Source: Octopus sinensis
Taxonomy: Eukaryota
Direction: 5' to 3'
Length of the DNA stretch: 26,236 nt
Assembly (NCBI RefSeq): GCF_006345805.1
Contig: NW_021835567.1
Span: forward strand, 1 to 26,236
Positions 1-9,984 of this stretch are shown in pieces. Under the pieces are notes generated by a model. The model made no database searches. It saw only the letters and a program-made list of their open reading frames with translations, and had not been told where the DNA came from. A program made the translations under genes and the position numbers. The first letter of the stretch is position 1. Each line of letters begins with the position of its first letter.

Positions 1-274
1 TAATACATGAATACATACATGTATTTATAGACATATATATATATTAATGTATAATTTATATATAAATGTATACATATATGTATGTATATATATATATATA
101 GTATATGTAATATATATATATATCTATATAGATATATATATATATATATATTATGTACACTAATTAGTCAAATGTAGGGTAACAGTAACGATGTTAGTGG
201 TTTCTCACTGCCAGTACCATAACAACAGAAGAAATCTGATGTTCAGTTTGAATTTCTATGTTCAATATCTGCAG

Positions 275-360
275 GAAAAACACGAAGTGGGAGGAAATGC
301 CAGAGGACTTGCAACTGACTGGATGATTGGGCAAATCGCTACGTACGGGGGAAACGAGGA
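275..360 (+). CDS. candidate 86-nt coding exon of an unidentified gene
   Basis: Flanked by ...ttcaatatctgcAG and GTAAGA. Only one frame is open (EKHEVGGNARGLATDWMIGQIATYGGNE). It is non-repetitive and not part of any repeat seen here. I do not recognise the protein. Confidence 0.25.
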
Positions 361-649
361 GTAAGATTTGGTAAGGATGATGACAAGGGAGGGAAGGAGA
401 GCACGGATGTATCAGGTGGGATTCAGTAGAAGTACTGTTGTGCTGTGCTGTGCTGTGCTGGTTTTTTTGCTATTTCAAGGATGCAGAGGTTCTTTTAGAA
501 GCTGTGACAGAAGGGGCTGTGGGCGGTGGGGGGTGGGGGTGGGGGCGGAGTGAGACGAAACAAACTGGCTGTGGATGTTTAGAAGCAAATCAGAATCAGC
601 TAACTTACTTTTTTACTCTTGGATGCAGTCAAGGATGTTTGTGTATGTG

Positions 650-741
650 CAACAACAACAACAACAACAACAACAACAACGACGACGACAACAACAACAA
701 CAACAACAACAACAACAGCAGCAACAACAGCGGCAGCAGCA

Positions 742-776
<35 letters not shown>

Positions 777-786
777 GGCAGCAGCA
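650..786. repeat. compound (CAA)n/(CGA)n/(CAG)n microsatellite
   Basis: Direct reading; source of the poly-Q/N/T/A/V ORFs. Confidence 0.95.
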
Positions 787-805
787 CTAACCCACATTTC
801 TTTTT

Positions 806-1188
806 ATCTCTTTTTACTTTTACTTGATCCAGTCACTAGACTGCAGCCATGCTGGAGCACATCTTCAAGAATCTTTAGATGAAATATTTAAGTCTGGTAC
901 TTACTCTATCAGTCTCTTTAAGCCAAACTGCTAAGTTACAGGTACATGAACACTTGACAACACCAGTTGTCAAGTAGCGGCGGGGGACAAGCACACACAC
1001 ACACACACACACACACCACACATCTATAATGGGCTTCTTTCAGTTTTCATAAACCACATCCACTGACAAGGCTTTGGCCGACCGAAGGATATAATGGAAA
1101 AATGTGCCTAAGGTGCTATAAAGTGGGGTTGAACCCAAAACCATATGGTTGGGAAGCAAAATTCTTACCACAAACCCACACCTGTGCC
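806..1188 (-). mobile_element. degenerate tRNA/CORE-like SINE, family A
   Basis: Colinear with the better-preserved copies at 2594-3016 and 9424-9826 (gccatgctggagcac ... gggcttctttcagttt ... caaggctttgg ... cttaccac). Confidence 0.85.
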
Positions 1189-1427
1189 AAATAGGGACAT
1201 TATGTTAAGGAGGATCAAATTTTAAATTTCTAAATATTGGTAATCCCAGTGAGAATTAAAAGATTTTGGAGCTGGAAGTGTCTTCTATAATAGTGAGAAA
1301 TTGTCCAAAACCTTTGGAGTGGATTTGGTAGATGTAAACTGAAAGAAGCCCATCATATATAAATTACGCATTAATATATATATATATTCAATTCGCTTCC
1401 AGTCGAAAGATGCCTGTTGTTATGTCC

Positions 1428-1429
<2 letters not shown>

Positions 1430-1470
<41 letters not shown>
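1430..1470. repeat. (TTA)n microsatellite
   Basis: Direct reading. Confidence 0.95.
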
Positions 1471-1741
1471 GTTTTTTTGTATTTATATTTGTATCATTTT
1501 ATTTTTTTTTTTGTATTTATATTCGTGTAACATCGTCCGTTTTTCTGTCCTTGTTTCGTATACATTCGATCCTTTTTCCAAGGAATCTAATGCTCTTAGC
1601 TTAGTTTTTCGTTGGGGCTCGCCAGATTGGAGCAATCTCAAGATTAATCAGCCGAAATTGTGAGGATGATCCGGTTCTTGACTGAAGATTAAAGGCTTCG
1701 AATGACCCGTCCGAGTTTTTTGTATCGTCTATTTGAATGTT

Positions 1742-2095
1742 TTGCGTTCTTGTCCCATTTGCTGAGGCCTACTTTGCCTTTCATTCTTTTAGAGATAATA
1801 AAATATGTACCAGCATGTGTGTGTGTGTGCATGCATGTATGTGTGTGTGTTTGTGTGTGCATGCATGTGTGTGTGTAGTGTCTCCCTTTTTTTTTTTTTT
1901 TTGACATGGTGTGATTGTTGTAAACGAGAGCCATTTGTTTCCAATATTCTGCAGAAACATGCCTGACTATGAGAAAATATTAGACTGCTTGAAAAGAGGT
2001 AGAAAATCCGTCCCAGAAAAATTCCCTCTGATGCCATGCAAGCATGGAAAAAGCAGATGCTGAAACAACAGCAATGATCGTCATCACGATCACGA
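1742..2095 (+). mobile_element. degenerate chimeric SINE: family-M central module + (TG)n + family-C tail
   Basis: gctgaggcctactttgcctttcattc...aaaatatgtaccag matches the family-M copy at 8295-8558. After the (TG)n tract, ttccaatattctgcag...catgcaagcatggaaaa matches the tail of 9985-10792. Confidence 0.6.
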
Positions 2096-2593
2096 TGGTG
2101 TATTTAAGAACAAAAACTTCAACACTAATTAACTAATGTATTTACATGTTTTCTTTAAAAACAATACACTGATTGGTTCAAAGGCAAAAATAAAATAGGT
2201 GCATAGATGAAAGTATGTCTGACTGGTTAATTAGTGAGGCTTTAATGAAGCATGTTTTGAGAAATCTAATAATATTCCAACCCGACATCATTAGTTGCCG
2301 TCTCCAAGAGATGACTTTGTTCTACAGTTCCAGTATCAATGCATTTAGGATTGATACAATCATCGTTATCGTCAACATTGTCACTGTCATTATCATTATT
2401 GTCATCGTTGTAGTCATCACCTTCCTCTCAAATGGTATTGAGAAGTCTATAAGAACTTGGTTGAAGAGGAAAGTTTCTCACATCAGCCTTATCGGTACTT
2501 TCCGACATAAAGCCTCTTTTAACTAAAGCTCTTGAACAGAGGTAAAAATTGGGTACCATTCCTCAACGAATTTGAACCACACACAACAACAGT

Positions 2594-2822
2594 TACTCTT
2601 TTACTTGTTTCAGTCATTTGACAGTGGCCATGCTGGAGCACCGCCTTTAGTCGAGCAAATCGACCCCAGGAGTTATTCTTTGTAAGCCTAGTACTTATTC
2701 TATCGGTCTCTTTTTTTTCGAACCGCTAAGTTACAGTGACGTAAACACACCAGCATCGGTTGTCAGGCGATGTTGGGGGGACAAACACAGACACACAAAC
2801 ATATACACACACACACATACAA

Positions 2823-2854
<32 letters not shown>

Positions 2855-3016
2855 CGACAAGCTTCTTTCAGTTTCCGTCTACCGAATCCACTCACAAGGC
2901 TTTGGTCGGCCCGTGGCTATAGTATAAGACACTTGCCCAAGGTGCCACGCAGTAGGACTTAACCTGGAACCATGTGGTTGGTAAACAAACTACTTACCAC
3001 ACAGCCACTCCTATGC
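2594..3016 (-). mobile_element. full-length tRNA/CORE-like SINE, family A
   Basis: Minus strand: A-box-like tggctgtgtgg, B-box-like ggttaagtcc, CORE-like ccttgggcaagtgtctt, internal TA/CA tract, then 3' module ending in aagtaaaagagta. At least 4 near-identical copies in the window. Confidence 0.92.
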
Positions 3017-3139
3017 ACAAGGTATTAATCTTAATAATGTCTTTGATAGTTATTATGGAAAAGTTGCAAGACTGAAACAAGTGACAGATTGGCACAGCAT
3101 CAGTAAATAAAATGTCATCATTACTTCATCTGTTTTTTT

Positions 3140-3142
<3 letters not shown>

Positions 3143-3204
<62 letters not shown>
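3143..3204. repeat. (TC)n microsatellite
   Basis: Direct reading. Confidence 0.95.
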
Positions 3205-3207
<3 letters not shown>

Positions 3208-3287
3208 CTCTCTGTAGTGTACCAGCCTATCGGTTCATAACCTATACTTTACTGCATACATACATGTGTGCGTAATAACAATAATAC

Positions 3288-3522
3288 CTATTTCTTTACT
3301 ACCCACAAGGGGCTAAACACAGAGAGGACAAACAAAGACAGACAAATGGATTAAGTCGATTATATCGACCCCAGTGCGCAACTGGTACTTATTTAATCGA
3401 CCCCGAAAGGACGAAAGGCAAAGTCGACCTCGGCGGAATTTGAACTCAGAACGTAACAGCAGAGGAAATACCGCTAAGCATTTCGCCCGACGTGCTAACG
3501 GCTCTGCCAGCTTGCCGCCTTC
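3288..3522 (-). mobile_element. tRNA-derived SINE, family M, with 14-bp target-site duplication
   Basis: B-box-like gagttcaaattcc on minus. TSD aataacaataatac at 3274-3287 and 3523-3536. Matches copies at 8295-8558 and 24724-24970. Confidence 0.93.
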
Positions 3523-3599
3523 AATAACAATAATACTGTGTAGATGGGAATTCATAGACTTTATTAATGCATCATAAAGCCTACGAATCTCCATCCACA

Positions 3600-3765
3600 T
3601 GTTATGATGCTTAGTGGCATTTTGTCCACCTTAACGTTCTGGGTTCAAATTCAGGGTCAATAAAATAAGTAGCAGTTGAACATTGGGGGGGGGGGTCAAT
3701 GTAATTGACTAACCTCCTCCCATCAATCTTCAGGCTTTGTACCTTTAGTAGAAAGGATTACTATA
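3600..3765 (+). mobile_element. degenerate family-M-related SINE with a different tail
   Basis: atgcttagtggcatttt...gttctgggttcaaattc...gggtcaataaaataagtagcag...ggggtcaatgtaattgact, then the tail gtacctttagtagaaaggattact. Confidence 0.7.
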
Positions 3766-3993
3766 TTTATCGTAAGCTGAATGGAGTTCCACATGTATAC
3801 CCATACGATTGGATTTCCCTGGAAGATGGAATTAACAAGTGGAAGCTGATAACAAGAAACATAATAGCTTTTAAGAATGTATTACTATGCTTTTGCCAAA
3901 ACTAAACTAAATGAACATATATATATATATATACATACATATATACCTACATACATACATACATACATACGTACGTATGTACATACATATATA

Positions 3994-4389
3994 TTCTTTT
4001 ATTTGTTTCAGTCATTTGACTGCGGCCATGCTGGAGCACCGCTTTTAGTCAAGCAAATCGATCCCAAGACTTATTCTTTGTAAGCCTAGTACTTATTCTA
4101 TTAGCCTCGTTTGCCGAACCGCTAAGTGAGAGGGATGTAAACATACCAGTATCGGTTGTCAAGTGATGTTGGGGGGACAAACACAGACACAAACATATAC
4201 ATACATATATATATATATATATATAATGGGCTTCTTTCAGTTTCCATCTACCAAATCCACTCACAAGGCTTTGGTCAGCTCAAGGCAATAGTAGAAGACA
4301 CTTGCCCAAGGTGCCTCGCAGTGGGACTGACTGAACCCAGAACCATGTGGTTGGTAAACAAGCTACTTACCACACAGCCACTCATCCTA
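3994..4389 (-). mobile_element. full-length family-A SINE
   Basis: Near-identical to 2594-3016 and 9424-9826. Confidence 0.92.
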
Positions 4390-4894
4390 TCTTATTGTAC
4401 ATCTGTCAATCTATTTCATATCCTGTTGTATATCTATATATTTCATTGTTTGTCTATCTAGCTATCTTACTGTCTCTGACGATTACATTGTCTGTCTATC
4501 TGTCTTTCTATCTATCATTTTATCACCCGTCTGTCTATTTTTCTGTCTGTATGTCCACTTTAATGACCTCACTGAATATGTTAAAACCAAGCTTGTTAAA
4601 ACACTAATGATCACATTAGCTGCTTGCAATACAATACTTTATTGATACTCATGCATTATTTTGTGACCAGGAATACTTAATCATTATCAAGATGTATTTG
4701 TTCATATTAACATAGGTTTGAAGAGACTTCTCTGCTGCCTTTGTCCAACAATTTTTCACCATTTTCTCTGTTCGGTTCACTTATAAAACCAACTTCTTTT
4801 AAAAACACTATTATTAATTACTCTTAGATTTTCTTATACAGAGTTTCAACTTCACAGTCTCATTGTATTTTTAATATCCAATTAGTATTGTCTA

Positions 4895-5050
4895 ATTTCA
4901 TCTGATTAATGAGTTTCACTCCAGCGATATGTCAGTACACTAATACACTGCATCCTTCCTCTGTCACATCTATTAACAGATACTATGACAGTCAGTGCTC
5001 CTCTGAACTAGCACATAATAGACCACCTTTTTCTAAATCCACAAAGTACC
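4895..5050 (+). pseudogene. decayed LINE ORF2 C-terminal fragment (CR1/L2-group-like)
   Basis: 4978-5013 reads RYYDSQCSSELA, preceded across frameshifts by FHLINE and FLCHIY. This resembles the SL.LFYRYY.G.CS.EL motif I associate with CR1/L2-group ORF2 C-termini. Confidence 0.35.
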
Positions 5051-5060
5051 TCCTTGTAAT

Positions 5061-5211
5061 TTAGCAGTTCAGCAAAAGAGACCAATAGAATAAGTACCAG
5101 GCTTAACACAAAAGATTACTGAGATTGATTTAATCGTCTAAAAATTGCTCAAGGCAGTGCCACTCGCATGGCCACGGTCTAATGATTGGAACAAGTGAAA
5201 GATAAAGGATA
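5061..5211 (+). mobile_element. older family-A SINE 3' module
   Basis: ttagcagttcagcaaaagagaccaatagaataagtacc...gcatggccacggtctaatgattggaacaagtgaaagataaagga. Confidence 0.8.
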
Positions 5212-5733
5212 CTTATTCTATTGGTCTCTTTTGCCGAACCGCTAAGTCACGGCGACGTAAACACACCAGCATCGGTTGTCAAGCGATGTTGGGGGGACAA
5301 ACACAGACACACGTAAAAAGCACCATCCAAGTGTGGTCGTTCGCCAGCCTCATCTGGCACCTGTGTCGGTGGCACGTAAAAAGCACCCACTACACTCACG
5401 GAGTGGTTGGCGTTAGGAAGGGCATCCAGCTGCAGAAACACTGCCAGATCTGACTGGGCCTGGTGCAGCCTTCGGGCTTCCCAGACCCCAGATGAACCAT
5501 CCAACCCATGCTAGCTTGGAAAGCGGATGCTAAACGCTGATGATGATGATGATGATGATGATGATATATACGACGGGCTTCTTTCAGTTTCCGTCTACCA
5601 AATCCACTCACAAGGCTTTGGTCGGCCCGAGGCTATAGTAGAAGACACTTGCCCAAGGTGCCATGCAATTGAACTGAACCTGGAACCATGTGGTTCGTAA
5701 GCAAGCTACTTACCACACAGCCACTCCTACGCC
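5210..5733 (-). mobile_element. family-A SINE lacking its 3' end, interrupted by a family-B insertion
   Basis: 5210-5310 and 5566-5733 match family A. The internal microsatellite is replaced by the element at 5311-5565. Confidence 0.9.
5311..5565 (+). mobile_element. 5'-truncated (GAT)n-tailed retroposon, family B (probable LINE 3' end)
   Basis: One 61-bp monomer, then ccactacactc-ggagtggttggcgttaggaagggcatccagc...catgctagc.tggaaagcgga..taaac(gat)n. The 3' end is shared with 11784, 12207, 13933 and 16700, each with a different 5' end. Confidence 0.88.
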
Positions 5734-7232
5734 TATTGTATAACTTTTATATTTATTTCATCGCAATTGCATAAGAAGTTTTAGTTCTTGAAAATTCAGA
5801 TATTTAAAGCAGGTGTTGCCTCGCTTAACTTCCAACAAACTATTGAATATATACCATCAATATAGATCTTGCTCCGTGTTACTGCTTCTTGTACGAACCA
5901 CGTTGTCAAATCTATGATAATATATTGGTTTGTCTTTACAAACTGTTTTGTTCCTCTGAAGATATATTCCAACATGTTTGACTTTCCCTTTCTAACTCGT
6001 TAGATCTCAGATGATAAGTGACTGCACATCACACACTCACACACACACACACACTCACACACACACACACACACACATACTCATATATACATTCACATTC
6101 ACTCTCTCTCTTCTTCTTCTTCTTCTTCTCCTTCTCTAATCCTCCTCCGACTATGCAAATACCCAATCACTCTGACATTCTTTACACATTCTTATCTGCG
6201 ATTGCAAAAGATGAGATTGAACAAGCAGGGATTATGAACAGCACACCCATCTGTATTAATCATATTGTTATAACGATGACTTCTTATGTATGTGTGGGAA
6301 GACGAAGAGAAAAGCTTTAAATACATCTTTATTGATTCATTTTTCTCAAATCCCAACTTGATTTCGGTTGATAACATAGTGTCTACAAGGTTAGAGGTTA
6401 TTTGTACATCATACATGACTTTCATTATCCAGTTCAATGAACAGGATGAGATCTTGGCAGCAGACTGGAATTGGTCATATAATAGCCTTAAAGCTTTCTT
6501 TTCCATTTTTTACTTTCTTTTTCTTTTACATTTTAAACAGAGTTTGTATCCATTGTTCCAGGCAAGCATGTATAGGATGATCCATCATATCTGGTTATAC
6601 GCATATCATTTGTTGGTACATATATTTTTATGTCTAAGTAATAACTTATACTAACAGCTAAAGGCTCTAGGAGTAGGGCCTTTTATAATGCTTTTACAAT
6701 TAAGAAAGCTATGGTAAGCATGCTTATATGCATTGCCAAGAGTATAATGCAAGTGTAGGGGAACTTTTTTAACTAATTACCTCAAAATATATTTCTTTAT
6801 GCCAACATTACCTCCTTGATTTGAAAGGAAGAAAATCATAGATTCTTTGAATTCAAAAGGTTTCTTGAATCTATTTATGTGGAGAATACAATTAAAAATA
6901 TAAAAGGTATAAAACAAATGTAATAAAATAAATTAATATCTTCATTATGAAACAAAAGGATTTTTCTAGAAACTTTTTCACTCCAAGTTTTGGAGAAATG
7001 ATATTATTTCGTTTTTGTTTCAATTACATTAAAATTGGAGCATTTTGATGCCAGAGAAATTTGGATACAGTATTCGGGGTCCAGTCTCTGCTTTGTTTTT
7101 ATGTACTCTGCTTTGTTTTTATGTTCATCAGAATGGAAAGTCCTTGTTTGCAAAGGTAGGATGTTCCAAAGGGCAGCAACTTTTTAGCTGCCTCCTCATA
7201 CCAGAAGAAAAATTTTTGTCATAACAAGGAAA

Positions 7233-7426
7233 ACATTGCTTGACAACCGATGCTGGTGTGTTTACGTCCTCGTAACGTAGCGGTTTGGCAAAAGAGACCG
7301 ATAGAATAAGTACTAGGCTTACAAAGAATAAGTCCTGGTGTCGATTTGCTTGACTAAAGGAGGTGCTCCAGCATGGCCACAGTCAAATGACTGAAACAAG
7401 TAAAAGAGTAACGAATAAGAGTAAAA
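7233..7426 (+). mobile_element. family-A SINE 3' module (5'-truncated)
   Basis: gcttgacaaccgatgctggtgtgtttacgtcc...gcatggccacagtcaaatgactgaaacaagtaaaagagta. Confidence 0.9.
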
Positions 7427-7516
7427 TGCTCCAGATCACTTATGAATGAACTTGTATGAGCCGAATATCTGTATTTCACTAGTACAAGAGGCTAGACAAA
7501 GCAAGCCTATCAGGAA

Positions 7517-8171
7517 TATATGTTTCTGGGTTCAATCTCTCTGAATGGCAAGTGTCTTATACCACAACCTTGGGTTGATCAATAACTCCTGCATGTAACA
7601 GAAATTGTGCTGAAGCCTATTACACATGCATGTACGCATGCCTGCACATATTCACTCACAGACACACACACTTCCACACACATACATTCGCTTGGTCTTG
7701 AAATTTGCTCCCTAACAACATGCCTCTGGGTTTTTCAACAGAAAGGGCATCATCTACATCTACTGGGTTCCCTCTGGCCAGACAGTCGACAAAAAGAGCT
7801 CTGTGGAGGTTTTGAGGGAATTTAGGAAGAGATTTCATTACAAAAGACCAGAGTGCCAGCACTATGGCACTGTATAAGTCCACAATTCCACCCTGGTTCA
7901 GAAATTAAGATTCCATGTTCAAACTGGACATACAGAGAGATCAAACCCAGAGGCATGTTGTTAGGGAGCAAATTTCAGGACCAAGCGAATGTATGTGTGT
8001 GGAAGTGTGTGTGTCTGTGAGTGAATATGTGCAGGCATGCGTGCAGGCATGCGTGCATGCATGTGTAATAGGCTTCAGCACAATTTCTGTTACATGCAGG
8101 AGTTATTGATCAACCCAAGGTTGTGGTATAAGACACTTGCCATTGAGAGAGATTGAACCCAGAAACATATA
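7517..8171. repeat. long inverted repeat: arms 7517-7733 and 7943-8171, 209-bp spacer
   Basis: Manual reverse-complement alignment gives 3 substitutions plus one 12-bp tandem indel (gcatgcctgcac). Arms derive from a degenerate family-A SINE head; the right arm continues as that head to ~8213. Confidence 0.95.
7731..7898 (+). pseudogene. mariner-type (DD34D-family) transposase fragment
   Basis: 7731-7853 reads FFNRKGIIYIYWVPSGQTVDKKSSVEVLREFRKRFHYKRPE; after a frameshift, 7878-7898 reads VHNSTLV. This matches the mariner pattern FFD..GI....vP.GQTVN..YY..VL..l...v..KRP, followed by the ..HN..lV region. Confidence 0.85.
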
Positions 8172-8294
8172 CTTAGGGAGCAAATTTCAACACCACACAG
8201 CCATGCCTGCACCCCTACAAGACTGCAACACAAAGTCAGTAGGAAACTATACCAGAACATCGATATAAGAGTACATCAGTTTAGTATTAGAGTA

Positions 8295-8558
8295 TGGTGG
8301 CGAGCTGGCTGAATCGTTAGCATGCTGGGAGAAATGCTTTGCGGTATTTCGTCCGCTGCTGCGTTCTAAGTTCAAATTCCGCCGAGGTCAACTTTGCCTT
8401 TCATCCTTTCGGGGTCGATAAATTAAGTACCAGTTACGCACTGGGGTCGATAAATTAAGTACCAGTTACGTACTGGGGTCGATGTAATCGACTTAATACC
8501 TATGTCTGTCCTTGTTTGTCCCCTCTGTGTTTAGCCCCTTGTGGGTAATAAAGAAATA
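8295..8558 (+). mobile_element. family-M SINE with 11-bp TSD and internal 32-bp duplication
   Basis: TSD agtattagagt at 8283-8293 and 8559-8569. B-box-like aagttcaaattcc. Units at 8411-8442 and 8443-8474. Confidence 0.93.
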
Positions 8559-8868
8559 AGTATTAGAGTGCAGCAAAACATGAGTGTATGAGTATAGTAG
8601 AGCATCAGTGTACATACAATACAGCAGAATATCAATGTATGGTAGAAAAGAACATCAGTGTATGACACAACAAAGCAACAATATAACAATACAACAGAAC
8701 TGTGTAAAATCATAGAACATCAGTGAGACGGTAAAACTGAATACTGATGTAAGAGAATAGCAGAATAACAGAACTTCAGAATAAAAGTAGACTTATATTA
8801 CAATGAAAGAGTACGGCCATAAGACAAATTAAGGATATCAAGATGAGAACAAATAATTTTTGAAGTTA

Positions 8869-9268
8869 TCTTTATATATAAAAGAGAGGTTGTGTGCTGT
8901 CTGTCTCCTACGATTTAGATTCCTAACTACTCCCACATTTTGCGATGCAGTTTAATCAAAACCAGGTATCTTATAGTCGTGATTCATATCGAGCCCTTCT
9001 GGGTATTAGCGCACGTCTACAATGAGTCTACGATTTAAAAAAAAATTTACCATCAATTTTTCCCATTTTTAATGCATTTTTGGCATATATAAGGGAAGTA
9101 ACTCTCTACAAATTTATTATTAAATCTCAGAACGTAAAAAGCTACAGTAACACTCCCCCCCCCTTTGTGGTTAGCCATATTGAGATGGCTATTATACTTT
9201 ACATCTCTAAAAATGCTTATATAGTTATTTCCTTTACAAACCCGAGCAACGCCGGGCGATACTGCTAG
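8869..9268 (+). mobile_element. non-autonomous Helitron, copy 1
   Basis: 5' TC after A8868, 3' CTAG before T9269 (A|T insertion site, no TSD). Subterminal GC hairpin cccgagcaacgccggg at 9241-9256. Second copy at 21485-21880. Confidence 0.88.
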
Positions 9269-9423
9269 TTATTAATATATTTCAGTAACGATGTTATTAA
9301 CATACTGTGAAGACTAACTTCAAAATACCCTTCAAATATTCACATCAAAACCACAGCTGAACTAAAAGGTCAACATGGTAACCTATATAATCTTCCAAAG
9401 TTAATACCATCAGATGATTAGTG

Positions 9424-9826
9424 TACTCTTTTACTCTTACTCTTTTACTTGTTTCAGTCATTTGACTGCGGCCATGCTGGAGCACCGCCTTTAGTCGAGC
9501 AAATCGACCCTGGGACTTATTCTTTGTAAGCCCAGTACTTATTCTATCAGTCTCTTTTGCCGAACCGCTAAGTGACGGGGACGTAAACACACCAGCATCA
9601 GTTGTCAAGCAATGCTAGGGGGACAAACACAGCAGACACAAAAACACACACATACATATATATACATATATACGACAGGCTTCTTTCAGTTTCCGTCTAC
9701 TAAATCCACTCACAAGGCATTGGTCGGCCCGGGGCTATAGCAGAAGACACATGCTGAAGGTGCCACACAGTGGGACTGAACCCGGAACCATGTGGTTGGT
9801 TAGCAAGCTACTTACCACACAGCCAC
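9424..9826 (-). mobile_element. full-length family-A SINE
   Basis: A/B boxes (ggctgtgtgg, ggttcagtcc on minus) and (tactctt)n-like tail; near-identical to the other copies. Confidence 0.92.
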
Positions 9827-9984
9827 AGAAATATTGTAACCATTGGGGTTTTTCCTCTCATCTATTCTTTAAGTGCATAATTGTTCAAAATTCTATTCTT
9901 CATTATTAAGGTCCATCATCTTGATATTTTCAAACTCACCTCACCAAATTTTTCTATGCCTTATTTGGCCTTTCTCTTTAACAT

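Noticed and set aside
438-882. Poly-Q/N/T/A ORFs resembling a transcription-factor low-complexity region
   Set aside because: All frames are open only because the trinucleotide repeat lacks stops. The flanks are not protein-like and a SINE follows immediately.
1675-1720. Hammerhead-ribozyme-like CTGAAGA...CGAAT...GTC within a GC-richer segment (about 1525-1740) that may be an unassigned repeat
   Set aside because: It has GAAT instead of GAAA, and stems I, II and III do not pair properly. The segment is single-copy in this window, so its repeat status cannot be shown.
2594-3016. tRNA genes (A and B boxes)
   Set aside because: The boxes are SINE heads followed by SINE bodies, with no cloverleaf or Pol III terminator after ~75 nt. 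The same applies to all copies.
7517-8171. Autonomous mariner with long TIRs
   Set aside because: The arms are SINE-derived, one continues beyond the repeat as a SINE head, and only about 55 broken codons of transposase are present.
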